Positions 13,728 through 26,369 of a DNA stretch of 64,000 nucleotides are shown piece by piece. The first letter of the stretch is position 1. Every line of letters starts with the position of its first letter. Under the pieces are notes generated by a model. The model worked only from the letters and a program-made list of their open reading frames with translations, searched no databases and was not told where the DNA came from. Origin of the DNA: Raja brachyura (Eukaryota); assembly GCA_963514005.1 (NCBI GenBank), contig OY740811.1:27652001-27716000 (forward strand), written 5' to 3'. The position numbers were made by a program, and so were the translations under genes.

Positions 13728-14445
13728 CTGTTTATTTGCACTTTATCTGTTTTATTTATTCATGTGTGTATATATTTATATAATGGTATATGGACACACT
13801 AATCTGTTCTGTATTCATGCCTACTATGTTCTGTTGTGCTGAAGCAAAGCTAGAATGTCATTGTCCTATCTGGGACACGTGACAGGAAACTCTCCTAAAT
13901 CATGATCGTTCTGCAAGGAGCTGTGTGGTTACTTGATCAAGTGCAACCAAACAGGGTCTCAAGCACTTTGCAGCCAAACCGCTGCCATCAAAGGCCTCGT
14001 CATTACGTGTGTAGAGGATGTTGTGCCAACGGAGACAATCGGTTTGTTCGAGATATGGAAACTACAGATGAATCTTGAGATCCGCTCCATGATGAAGTTC
14101 CAATTGGTTGATCCCGACCAACACAAAGAATCTCCAGAAATGCTGCCTGACCGTTGAATCGTGCTTCCTCTACTCCAGCACTTTGTGTTTTTAGGTCTAG
14201 TTTGCCCATTGAGTTTCACAAACTATTTTCAGTTGGAAATAAACCGGGTGACGTTTAAAACACGTGCAACGATATTAATACATTTCGGGACTGTTTCGCA
14301 ACGGTTTCCTGTAGAAATGTAGTAGGCAAACGCTAAGAAAATACTTCCATTTGTTATCAGGGGCCACAAACTATGAAACATAAATACACGGTTGCATCAC
14401 TGAGATCAAAAATGTTTGCGAAGCAACAAGAATAGCTGCACTCAC

Positions 14446-14600
14446 GGGACTTCCATGCGCTCCTGAAAGTAGCGGACACAGGGACCTGGTGGCCCGGGGG
14501 TGTCGGTCTGTGTGGACCAGCCACAGAATCCGACGCCGGGCCCGAAGCCACTCGAGACATGTCACAGCGCCTACATTACAAGTGCTTTGTGCAGGGAGTT
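14446..14600 (-). other. Putative first (probably 5'UTR) exon of a divergent minus-strand gene
   Basis: CpG-rich, non-repetitive segment ending in a consensus donor CCC|GTGAGT (14445-14440 on the minus strand). The 5' boundary is a guess. Confidence 0.45.
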
Positions 14601-14834
14601 CTGATGAAAGCTGTGTCTTCCTCTCTCTCTCTCCCCATTATAAAAATTCGAGGACACCTGCCTGACCACCCGCACGTGGTCTCAATCTGTCCTCAAGCAA
14701 ACCTTCTCAGGGCGTCATTCCAACAGCAAGGTGGTTGAAGTTCCCTTTCACGGCTCCCTTGGGATCTGTCTCTCCTCGTTGCTAAATCACGATTTAATTA
14801 TGTCCTCGTTTCCTTGTATTTATACATAGTTATA

Positions 14835-15125
14835 CTGTATGGAAAGAGGTCCTTCGGCCCATCAATCCACGCCGCCCATCGATCACACTAGTTCTATCTT
14901 ATATCACTTCTACATTCACTCCCCACACCCGAGGGCCAACGGAAAGTGGCCGATTAACCTACAGCCCCGCGAGTCTATGGGATGTGGGAAGAAACCGGAG
15001 CACCCGGGAAAAACCCCACACGGTCATATGGAGAACCTGCAAACTCCACACAGACAGCAATCGAGGTCTGGTTGGGACCCGGTTGGCTGGCGCTGTGAGG
15101 CAGCGGCTCCACCACTGTGCTGCGC
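14835..15125 (-). mobile_element. tRNA-derived V-SINE (HE1-like)
   Basis: Reverse complement of the SINE type at 25273-25590: tRNA-like head and core ttttcccgggtgctccggtttcttcccacatccc. Confidence 0.8.
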
Positions 15126-15711
15126 TTGGACCTTTCCTACTTTGGGATATTTCCCAAACCCTTTGACTCCTCTCCTCTGCGCCCAGAACTTGGGCTTCTT
15201 TTCTCCTTTGCTTTAAATCCATTCAGTTCTCATTTTCTTCTTAAACCTTTTGTCCAGATCATTTGCCTTATTACTCAGTGATCCGCCTGTCCAAGGTGCG
15301 GTGTACCAGCCCATCCTTTCCCCTCTTGCCTTCAACAATCTAGGAACAGATTTATCACTTGCATTTGTGTTTTTTTTACCCGATCTTCCATCTAATCCAC
15401 CATAGGTTGAAGATGCCTCTTGTGGCCGCATCACCCTGGGTTCGGGGGGAAACCTGTGAACACACAGGTGACAATTATTGAACGCGGGGAATATTGGGGT
15501 GATGTGTTCTGAATGCATTCCCACCTGTGAGCAAACCGTGCGAATACTTGGAGTTCTCAGCAGGCCAGAAAGCACCTGCAGAGAAAGAACCTGGTAATGT
15601 TTCGCTTCTGGTGAGATGTGCTTGAACTCAAACGTTCGGGTTGCAATCAGAGCTCGTCGTTTGTGCTCCATGTGGACGTACAGATTGTCTCGTTTCACAA
15701 TTTCACGAGTT

Positions 15712-16190
15712 ACAGGAGTAGAATTAGGCCATTCGGCCCATCGAGTCTACTCCGCCATTCGATCATGGCTGATCTCTGCCTCCTAATCCCATTTTCCTGC
15801 CTTCTCCCCATAACCATTGACACCCGTTCTAATCAATAATTTGTCTATCTCTGCCTTAAAAATGTCAACTGGCTTGGGCTCCGCAGGTGGCAATAGGTTC
15901 CACAGATTAACTACCCTCTGACTAAAGATGTTCCTCCTCACCACCTTTCTGAAAGGGCGCCCTTTAATTCTGAGGCTATGACAGTCCTAGACTGTCCCAC
16001 CAGCAGAAACACCCTTTCCACATCCACTATATCTTTGCCTTTCATTATTCGGTAAGTTTCAATTCGTTCCCACCTCAACCTTCAGCGAGTAGAGGTCCAG
16101 TGCTGTCAAACACTCATCATATGCTAACCCACCCATTCCTGGAATCATTCTTGTAAACCTCCTCTGGACCCTCTCCAGAGCCAGCACATT
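15712..16190 (-). mobile_element. CR1-clade LINE 3' fragment
   Basis: LALERVQRRFTRMIPGMGGLAYDECL motif plus 3'UTR. Confidence 0.85.
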
Positions 16191-16249
16191 GTTTGATTGC
16201 TGAGAACAGAGGCAGCAACTGACCACTAGGCCTGGAGTCTGCTCCATCA

Positions 16250-16615
16250 TGTAGAGGTTTATGAAATCATAAAGGGCAGAGATAAGATGAATGGTCTTTT
16301 TCTCAGGACAGGAACATCGAGAACTTAAGAGGACATAGATTTAAGGTGATGTGGGAAAGATGTAATAGGAACCTGAGGGGCAACTGTTTCGCACAGCGGG
16401 TGGTGGGCACCTTATCGAACGAGCTGCCAGAGGAGGTAGTTGAGGCAGGTACAATAGCAATATTTAAAATACATTTGGTTCGGTATATGGATATGAAACG
16501 TTCAGAGAGGGATGGGCAAAATGCAGGAAAACGGGATTAGCGCAGATAGGCATCTTGGTCGGCATGGTCTAGTTGGGCCGAAGGGCTTGGTTCCATATTG
16601 TATAACTATGAATCT
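16250..16615 (+). mobile_element. CR1-clade LINE 3' fragment
   Basis: NLRGNCFAQRVVG...NELPEEVVEAGTI motif plus 3'UTR. Confidence 0.85.
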
Positions 16616-16949
16616 ATGAATAATTTATCTTTCCGCTGATTTAATAACAAGAGGACGCTGAGAAACACTTGTTGGAAACTATTTACGATGTAGACATTCA
16701 CAACAACGACTCGGTGAAATGCATAAAACACACCAAAGCGATAACGTTTAAACCCAGTGTTGATACCGATATACATGGCCAGTAAGTAAATCCCTTGAAA
16801 ACCACATCCGCCACTTGGTTTCAAGCCGGGGACCCAGTTACTGAGTGTGAATTCTCCTTCATTCTAAGTCAGCAGAGGCACAAATATCAACCCTTTAAGT
16901 TAAATGCATATATTTACTTGTTGACTCAGTGTTACCAAGTTAAGAGCTG

Positions 16950-18130
16950 CGTATCCAGAGGATACGCTTGTCCAGGGTGGGACCAAGCGTAACTCTCTCA
17001 TTCAATCAGGTCCATTGACTGTGCCAACCTGGTGCCAAATCCCAGCGCCAGCCTCACACCCAGAAAGGTTCCGGAGTCCGAGCAAAGACGCAAGACACAC
17101 GCTGCTCGCGAAAAACCAGGAACACTTTCAGCAATTTAACCAGGGGGCGAGCCCAGCGGCGCGAGTTTGGAAGAGAGGTCCGATTTTGCTATTGTGTCAA
17201 CGCAGTTAGGATTGTGGGATTCGCGCGGTCTATTCGGAGATCGCCGGAATCCTGTCTCTCTGAGCGAGAGGTGCCCATGGCTTGAGGACAATTTGATAAC
17301 TCGACACCATGAGGTACAAAGTGAACAAAGCCCCGCGGGCAGGAACGGGATGGAGAGTGAGAACTTTAATCCCTCTCCTCATTCTGATCGTCCGACCACC
17401 TCATGCCACAGGTAAACCACTGGTCGGCGCTTCTGATCTTGTGAGTGCGCGGTCTGAGACCAGGGAAAGTTTACTGGACAGCGACTCCTTAGAGACCGCT
17501 GCAGTCTAGGGGCTGCAGGGATGTATGTCTTTCCTCATGTAATTTCACAACGTTTAAACTAAGCATACTTGAAGAGGAACTTTAATAGAAAACGCTGCCA
17601 GGAAGTGTGCATTTTTTTAAATATATAGTGCAGCACGAAAAAAAGATAGAGAGCCGAGATTTATATTTCAATCAATTGGGATATTGATGTATTGTAGCTC
17701 CATCAGCAAGTGGTGGGTGTCCGCTGGTTATGTTGTTATTACTCTTCTGTGGGGAGGTTACTGAGACTCAGCCCTTTCAGCTGCCTTGTGGCAGAGGTTT
17801 GTTGCGGTAGTAATGACCTCGCTGGGACCTCCGGCAGTGTTTGGCCGGACCTACAAGCCAGCAGCCCGGCCCCAAGAACCAATCTCAACCCCAGGGAGTA
17901 CTGAACAACACGAGGCAGGGCAACTTCCCGATCTCGCACTAATCGGACCGTTCGATCTGAAACGGATGCCATGGATTCCCAGAAAAAGCGGGAACGGAGC
18001 CTTGGCGTCTAGTGAATGCAGACAGTGAATGCAGACGGCGAATGCGCTGCTCACTTGTGTGAGAGCCGTTACTTGGCAACCCCGATGCGAAGCATAGCGA
18101 GCCCCCCTGGACTCGCCTTATGGCCTATGA
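16950..18130. promoter_or_regulatory. CpG-rich segment around the putative 5' end of the mucin-like gene
   Basis: CG dinucleotides are visibly more frequent than in flanking DNA (e.g. gcggcgcgag, tcgcgcggtc, ccccgcgggc). An X-box-like GTTACTTGGCAAC is at ~18068-18080. Confidence 0.5.
17309..17411 (+). CDS. Putative first coding (signal peptide) exon of the mucin-like gene: MRYKVNKAPRAGTGWRVRTLIPLLILIVRPPHAT
   Basis: Kozak-like CACCATGA. Basic n-region followed by hydrophobic LIPLLILIV. Ends at ACAG|gtaaac, a phase-1 donor. G plus the CG of the 40169 exon gives Ala and an A-T-A|D signal-peptidase-like site. Lies in a CpG-rich region. Confidence 0.65.
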
Positions 18131-21017
18131 TGGCCATCCAATTGTAATGACCACTTTAGCTCACCAGCTAATCATGTTAAAGTCCCCCTTCAAATCCCTC
18201 CCTGTTCTTACCCCTCCCAGTTTCTGATACTTTTTGCAAACCCACCGGAGGACTTTGTGTTGCTCCAGTCCTGACTTTTTCACTCCACCGTTGTTGGGTG
18301 TGCAACAAAAAAACTCTGAAACTTCCTCCGTCTAGGCACATCTACTTCCCACTCCTCAAACACCATCTCTTTAACCAAACTTTGGTTAAAAGTACTTTCA
18401 TAACAAAATCAGATACCACTCCCGTTAAGCCCTTTAGGGATGTATAATGATTTGAAATGAGAACGATCTGGACCAGAGGAATTTGAGCAAGTGTGACATT
18501 TCCTATCTGGGAGACCTTGCTGAGAACTGCTAGTCAATAGCGTCTATCTCAACAATGCCCCTCCCTTGCTGGAGGTGTCATGGGTTTCCAGCGCCCAGCA
18601 GAAAACACATTCTGAACCCTCAGCAAATGGCCTTGAATCCGTGTCGTAAAGCTCTAAACTGACCGAGGTAACATTTTCCATTCGAGGAAGTTGACTTTCT
18701 GATTTCCATCTCCTGCCATCTCCTCCAAATCAGAGAAGTTGGGAAATGTTCTCCAGCACATTGATTTCTGAGACTTCAATATCAGACTTTTATAAAGCTG
18801 CTTGGTTTTGCAGAGCATTAATGTAATGAAATAAAAATCCTATAGATCTACGAAAGAGGAGGGCAGACTTACCTAATGCCTTTCATTCCAAAGCATAATC
18901 TATTCAAGTCAACAATTTTTAATTGTAGCTCCTGGTGTACTGTAGGATATGAGATGGTGCAGGAGACAGTTGTGTACAGCAAACATCCACAAAATGCAAT
19001 TAGGTAAATCGCTAAATAATAAATTCTTTGAGGAATTGATGCTGAGCAGGACTCTGAAAATCTTGTACATTTCTTCAAGAAAGCAGCATGGGATCTTCTA
19101 CACTTCGCACAACCCGAGCAGGCACTTGGTGTAACTGACAACACCTCTCATTTAGAGTATGACACTAAAGACAGATGAGGACTTCCTCAGTATTGCACAG
19201 AATTCCCAGTCAGCTCCATAGATAGAGACAGATGTTTGTGGGTTCAGTCAGAGTGCACCCACAAACATAGGACTTTGTCCATTGAGCCAGACGAACAGAG
19301 CTGGAGGTGTAAGGGCTTTGAAACAATCTCCAGCCTATTGGCAACATGGATTGGAAAGGTTTAGAGGGACAAGGGCCAAATGCAAGTAAATGGGATTAGC
19401 TGAGATAAGGCATCTTGGTCAGCATGGACAAGTTGGGGCCAAAAGGCTTGTTTCCGCGCTGTACGACAGAAAATCTTTCTTATTATCTTGCAAATGATAT
19501 GTACCTTGGGAAAGGGCAATCTTTCTTTGGGATGATTTGATACCAGCAGTGATACTGAATTTCCTGTTGAAATTCAGTAAAAACTATCAGTAGTTTGCTG
19601 TTTGTTTATATTTTGGGGCAAGTTTTAAACTCCATTAACATTTATAAATAACAACAAATTTTCCATTCAGAACAGTCTCCAATGTTACGCATGACTGTTT
19701 CAGACAATAAATTAACCACATTTCTGAACAATGACTGAACTACCATTTTCCATGCTGAAGTCACAGTTTCATAGTGATACATTGGACAAAGTTCAGCCAT
19801 TATTGCTAAACATTTTTACCGTTGGCAAGAATCAGGCAAGGAATGATTTATGAAAGTATGGTTTGTTGCTGGATAACAAATCATTGTTATTGTCTGGTAG
19901 AGTCTAGCATTATTGAACATTTCATACTTTGAAATTCCAAAGTACGGTGGCATGTGCGTTACCTTCCATGCTGAACTCACAGATGGAGGAGCTACTGCAT
20001 ATCAGGGGCAATTGCTCCTTTTTACACCATAGATCTTGGTGGATTCTGTTGGGCTGTCAGTAATTGTGCATAAACTCTATCCCTCACCATACCTTCTGGT
20101 TATGCAGGGGTGTCCACTGAAATCGTAGAAAGATTCTGATTCTGGGTGGAGTGGTGGAAATTAAATCTTGAGAATTATTCACAATATGGCTCAACTGGAG
20201 AGTAAGAATGAGGCTGGGTGGTAATGGGGCAAGTTTGGTATGGAGATGGGGATAGAAGCGTTTTGAGATCTGAAACGGTTGGAATTGAGTAGGTTTTGCC
20301 ACAGTCTATGTTTGATGTGGAGGATGCTGTTGGTTGATGATTGTCACAGGCACCAAGATACAGTGAAAAACGTTGTTTTGTGTACTATCCAGGCAAATCA
20401 TGCCATTTATAAGTACAATCATATTTGTTACATTAGTACAACAGGTAGTGCAAAAAAAAAGGAAATAAAGAGAGAGCAGAATAATGTTAGAGCTACAGAG
20501 AAAATGCATATTTAAAAAAATGCAAGGACCACTCTGAGATAGATTGGGAGGTCGGGAGTACATCCTTAGCACACTGGAGGTCCATCTGTTTCTCCCTATT
20601 CTACTTCTAAATTGCAGATTGCTTATGCTGATACTGTGACTCCTGGTTCAGGATTTAGCTGGGTGGTGGTGGGGGTGTGGAATTTAGTTAACATTGCTCA
20701 TGTAGTTGCAAAGAATTAAGTCAAAGCAAAAGCCAACCTAAAAAATAAATGTTTTTCACATTTCTGCTTCCTCCTGGAGCATTGATGTAAAAAACATCCT
20801 GAGGGTTCTCAGCTGTCCCTTTTATATAGTGTTAGGGGTTTGCAATTAGGCTGCCCCCATCTCCAGATCCTTCCGAGTATGAAATTTAGACAATCTCTTA
20901 ACCTCCTAAAACAAATTGTGTTCTTCTAGTCATTCAACCAAATGAGATCATTTCACCCTTACCTCACTGAACCTATATCACTTTGCTTCGTCACCCGAAC
21001 AATCAACATTCCTTCGA

Positions 21018-21360
21018 TAGACACAAAAAGCTGGAGTAGCTCAGCGGGTCAGGCAGCATTTCTGGAGAAAAGGAACAAGTGATGTTTTGGGTCGAGACCC
21101 TTCTTCAGACTCAATGGAAAGGGAAGTGAGAGATATAGAAGGTAAATAGAACAAATGAATGAAACATACGCAAAAAACAGCGATGATCAAGGAATGATGG
21201 AGCCCACAATGATCCATTGTTGGCCGTGGGATAGGTGAAAACGAGTTATACAGTGAAACTCAACAGGACGACAGTGAAATGAGTACGATGACTAGGGTGG
21301 GGGAGGGACGGAGAGAGTGGGGATGCAAAGGTTACTTGAAGTCAGAGACATCAATATTGT
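21018..21360 (-). mobile_element. Penelope-like element terminal fragment
   Basis: Reverse complement of 30563-30900, including the ORF end (NIDVSDFK*) and a ctgaagaagggtctcgacccaaaac hammerhead-like motif. Confidence 0.7.
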
Positions 21361-21807
21361 ACTTTGCAGACTAATGCCAGATGATTGGCCTTTTGCTTTC
21401 CATTTTTGTTTCTTCCTTCGTTTTTGCTGTGGTGGGAGTATCATTTGTTACCTTCCAATCATTGGATTCATTCTAAAATCAAGAGAATTCTGTAATCATT
21501 ACTGAAACTACTTCCTCTTAAATCCTAAGACTTGGCATCTCAAATCTGAAGAATTTATCAGCTACTGGTTTGACTCATTTCTCCAGTATTAAATTTAATT
21601 TAAGTTCCTCATTCTCTTTTTTAAAAAATCACATTTGAGTATATTTCCCGAATGTCAAGTTACTGGAATATTTATTTCTCAAATTTGGTCCTGTGCCAAG
21701 GAGTCCCATCTCTGTTATGGTCACTCGAGCCAACTCATTTATCTTCAAATGCACATCAAGAAATAGAACTTCCATATTTAAGAGAGACACAAGCAACAGC
21801 AAATTAG

Positions 21808-22605
21808 ACAGTAGACAACAGACAATGGGTGCAGGAGTAGGCGATTCGGCCCCTCGAACCAACACCGCCATTCAATATGATCACGGCTGATCACCCACAA
21901 CCAGTACCCCGTTCCTGCCTTCTTCCCATATCCCTTGACTCCGCTACCTTTAAGAGCTCTGTCTAGCTCTCTCTTGAAAGCATCCCAAGAACCAGCCTCC
22001 ACCACCCTCTTTGGCAGAGAATTCCACACTCCCAACTCTCTGTGTGAAAAAAGATTTTCCTCATCTCTAAATGGCTTACCCCTTATTCTTAAACTGTGGC
22101 CCCTGGTTCTGGACTCCCCCAACATCGGGAACATGTTTCCTGCCTCTAGTATGTCCAAACCCTGAATAATCTTATATGTTTCAATAAGATAATAAGATCC
22201 CCTCTCATCCTTCTATATTCCAGAGTATATAAGCCCAGCCGCTCCATTCTATCAACATATGACAATCCCGCCAAGCCGGGAATTAACCTACGCTGCACTC
22301 CCTCAATAGCAAGAGCATCCTTCCTCAAATTGGCTGACCAAATCTGCACACAACACTCCAGGTGTGGTCTCACTAGGGCCCTGAACAACTGCAGAAGGAC
22401 CTCTTTGCTCCTATTCTCAACTCTTGCCATGAAGGCCAACATGCCATTTGCTTTCTTTATTGCCTGCTGTACCTGCATGCTTACTTTCATTGACTGATGA
22501 ACAAGGATGCCCAGATCCCGTTGTACTTCCCCTTTGCCCAACTTGACTCCATTTAGATAATAATCTGCCTTCCTGTTTTTGCTACCAAAGTGGATAACCT
22601 CACAT
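21808..22605 (-). mobile_element. 5'-truncated CR1-clade LINE
   Basis: ORFs 22146-22541 and 21778-22158, with a (tagacaa)-like tail. Confidence 0.9.
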
Positions 22606-22634
22606 TTATTTTTCTATTTCATATTTATAATTAA

Positions 22635-23822
22635 CTAGACCAAGTGCGGACCCATTGGGCCTGGTCTCCCAAAGCAATATTCCACCACTCACCCATAGCC
22701 CCAACTGCGCAGGCGCGGCTGACGGGTTCATGTTGTGACGCCAGAGATCCCCGTTGTGACACGAGTCACGGCAACCCTCCCCCAACTGCACAGATGCGGC
22801 CGCAAGTGGAAGCGCGACTGCGACGATTTTAAAATTCAAAATGGCAATAACCTGTAAAATATAAGATCAATGTGAACGCATCTCTTTCTCCCTCTTCAGC
22901 CCCCTATTCCCCTCCTCCATGATTCTCCATCCCCACCCTCCACCCTCCTCTGCTTCCTCCCCTCCCTCCCCTCCGCCATTGCCTCGCTAACCCTCTTCCT
23001 ACCCTTACCCTCCATTCCCCCTCCTTCCCCACCACTCCCTCCCCCTCCTCTTCACCCTCCCTCTTCTTTCCCTTTTCCTCCTCTCCTCCCCCACTCCATC
23101 CCTCACCTCTCTCTCCCTCTCCTTTCCCCTACCGTCAGTCACTCCCTCCCTCCATAACCGCTCTCCCCTCCCTATCCCCCGCTCCCCCTCTCCTCACCTC
23201 CCCCTATCCCACCCCCGACTCACCCTCCTCACCTTCCCCACTCCCCCCTCCTCTCCCATTATCCCTCATCCTCCCCCACACTCCTCACCACCCCCACTTT
23301 CCCCTCCCTCTCCCTCCCTACCCCCTCCTCTCCCTCTCTCCCCCTGCTCCCCCACTTCTCACCTCCCTCCTATTCCACCTCCCCCCACCCCCCGCAATGA
23401 AAATTTAGATTTTTTAAAAAAATGAAATTCTCAGCGAAATTCGTTTTTTTTCTTTAAAATAACCTAAACACAATGTTAGCTGTTAATGATAATGGAAGAA
23501 TTTGATGAAAACTAATTTAAAAAAAAAATCAATGTCAATGAAAATCGCAATAAAACAAAAAAGAAACTCGGGATCCCATTGTGACGTTGAACGTGCCTGG
23601 TGGGCAGGGCAAGTGGAAAAGTGTATTTTTGTAAAGTTTAAAATGTCAATAACTTGTAAAATATAACATCAACTGAACGAAACTTGGCTAATGCACACCG
23701 CACGACAATGGTGAGTAAGCTAGGCCAAATATTGTAGCGCTATCGTGTACTGTTTTTGCGGAATTTCAGGATCTCGCATACAAACAATCAAACAAGATGA
23801 GAAGTTTGATAATATATATAGA
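22635..23822 (-). mobile_element. Non-autonomous Helitron-like element
   Basis: On the minus strand it starts A|TCTATATAT and ends GGCCCAATGGGTCCGCACTTGGTCTAG|T. This gives a 5' TC, a subterminal imperfect hairpin, a 3' CTAG and an A|T target with no TSD. A tgtttgattgtttg microsatellite lies near the 5' end. Confidence 0.75.
22880..23395. repeat. ~500-bp C/T-rich low-complexity polypyrimidine tract
   Basis: Almost entirely c/t with scattered a (ccctcctctccctc...). Confidence 0.95.
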
Positions 23823-24226
23823 TTTCACCAATGTTGCCTTGATAGCTAAAGTCACTTCAACTACATCAAATTCTTTGACCACTATTTGATTTTAAAAACA
23901 TTGCTCCGCAGTACTCTGGTCTCTTTTCTTTAGCTCGGGAATCAGTAACCAGGAATCACCAATTTAAATCTGCCATTGAATGAGGGTAAAGATTAGGGGA
24001 AGGTTGTTTATGCAAAGCTGTTGGAATATGAAATATTTTGTCATACAAATGGCTGAGGAAAAAAGATGAATGGGACATTAGGACGTATTTGAAGTGTTAG
24101 AAGGTGAAAGTTAATGGGGAGAGAACAGGGGAGTGGGGTTAGGTCAGTATGAAGCCCCAAGCTGAAAAGTTATCTGTCCATTCCCTCCACAGATGCTGCC
24201 GGATCCAGAGTTCCTTCAGCACTTTG

Positions 24227-24507
24227 AGATGAGAATTAAGGGACAGAAGTTTAGGGGTAACATGAGGGGGAACTTCTTTACTCAGAGAGTGGTGGCTGTG
24301 TGGAATGATCTTCCTGCAGAAGTGGTGGAGGCAGGATCGATTTTAACATTTAAAAGTAAAGTGGATAGGTATATGGATGGGAAGGGAATGGAGGGGTATC
24401 GTCTGAGTGCAGGTAGATGGGACTAGGGGAAAATAAATGGTCGGCACGGACTGGAAGGGCCGAGAAGGCCTGTTTCCGTGCTGTAATTGTTATATGGTTA
24501 TATGGTT
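24227..24507 (+). mobile_element. Short young CR1 3' end with a 6-bp TSD, nested in a Penelope terminal repeat
   Basis: actttg occurs at 24221-24226 and 24508-24513. (ttatatgg)n tail. Near-identical to 13454-13727. Confidence 0.9.
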
Positions 24508-25272
24508 ACTTTGTGTTTATCCCACGATTCCAGCAGCTGTAATTCCATGTGTCTCCAGGGTTAGTTTGAGATTGTTCTTCTGAAGATTTGAAAGAGAGAT
24601 GAGGGGCTCAATGGTTTTCTCCTGTGTGATACATTTAAATGACTCTGTGAGCTTAATTTTGACTTTGGGCAAGTATACTACAATCAGGGGAACCAACGCA
24701 AAGCCATTTGATTCCAATATTCAACACTCAATGGTTCTGTTGTTCAGCGGTCACCTGGATTTTAACGCTAACGTCAGAAAGACCGATAATGAGTTTGGAA
24801 ATAAACATGAAACTTGGCCCAGTAATAACGGTTGCAATCACAAAGACTGATATCTCTATACACTAGGTAATATAAGTAAACAAGTTTGCACCCTTTACAA
24901 GCATAGGAAATTAAAGATAAGTCTGAGTCTGATATATCTCCAGCCTTAATCAGTGCTACTCCCTGTGCATTAAGTATACCAGATCTCTCACAATGCATTT
25001 CTCAGTCTATCAATTTGAAATATACATTACGAGGCACTGGTACAAATATAGGCAACTAACTAAGGAGAGATTGAACAGTTACTCTGCCCCTTCAATTCAC
25101 CTCTCTGTTGCTGTAGTACAGGCTGGCGGCTCCTCATTACTTCACCATGATATTTCACCCAGCAATCCCGACGTTGATATGATTGCAATTTGCAACCTCT
25201 CGCTGGACAGAGGTCAGGAGACATTTTTGTATTGCTCACACAGAGATCTCATTACCTTATTACTTCTTCACT

Positions 25273-25590
25273 GGGGCGGCGCAGTGGCACGATTGGTCGA
25301 CCTGTTGCCTCACAGTGCCAAAGACCCGGGTTCAATCTTGACCTCGGGTGTTATATTTGCCTGTATGGAATTTGCATATTCTCCCTGTGACAGTGTGGGT
25401 TTCCTCTGGGAGCTCTGGTCTCCTTCCACATCCCACATGTGAGTTTGCTGGTTAATTGGCCTCTGTAAATTGCCCCTATTGTGCAGGGAGTGGGAGGTGG
25501 GAAAACATTGAACTAACGTGATCGATGGTCAGTGTGGACTCAGTGGGCCGAAGGGCCTGTTTCCATGCTGTATCTCGAAACAAAAAAAAA
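25273..25590 (+). mobile_element. tRNA-derived V-SINE (HE1-like)
   Basis: A-box-like ggcggcgcagtggcacgattgg and B-box-like gggttcaatc. V-domain-like core gtgggtttcctctgggagctctggt. LINE-like 3' tail gggccgaagggcctgtttcc followed by an A-run. Confidence 0.85.
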
Positions 25591-26369
25591 TTGACATCAT
25601 CTAAATCACTGCAAACCTGGCAGCATCCTGCTCCAGGATCTTCGGTACTCAGTTTTATACAAATTCCTTTAAAGAAAAACACTTTCAATCAAGATGGGAG
25701 GCACGCTGAAACGCAGCAAAATACCACAACCTTCTACTGTTTGGAAAGGCTTGACCTGGATATTTGGCAGGATTGAGTTGGGAGAAGGTTGATCTCATTA
25801 ACAAAGCGATTGCTATAATTCCAAACCTCTCCAGGAGAGGCGCAGAGTCAGTGAAAGATTGCACCTTCAGCAGAGCAGGGCTCCATGGGAGGACATAAGA
25901 GGCAAGCTGGCCCATCATCTCCGAGCAGGAGGCAGGGAGAATTGGATGCCTCTCTCAATGTACTGGAGTAATTTGGTTCTTATATGTAGTCAATTCTTTT
26001 TTATTGGATAGACTGTACATTCCAGTTCACGCACATATGCTACATAAAAATGCTTCCTTTTGTAATCTATAGGTTTTCTGTCAAATAACTTAAATCTGTG
26101 ACCTTCTGTGGTTTCTGACATTTCCAGCAAAGGAAACAGCTTGTCATTATTAATTTTATCAAAACCATTCCCCTATTGAATGTATTCATAATCTTCACTG
26201 CTGTAAGGAATATACGGTGGATCAAGAGCGTACCTAAGGCTCCACATACTGAAGGTTTACATCCCAGCAACCATGACGGTCTTGTCCTTTCCCTCCCAAA
26301 AGCTGTCACCTGCTTTCTAAAGCGGATACCAAGATTTGGAAACAATATTCCAGCTGATATAATTTCCAG

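Noticed and set aside
14357-14560. ORF MSRVASGPASDS... as the coding start of the minus-strand gene
   Set aside because: Its phase-1 donor leads to stop codons when joined to the candidate downstream exons. More likely a uORF or 5'UTR, although unrecognised exons could rescue it.
24599-24870. Possible internal exon in the mucin intron
   Set aside because: The phase-1 frame from the best acceptor hits TAG before the apparent donor, and no recognisable domain is encoded.
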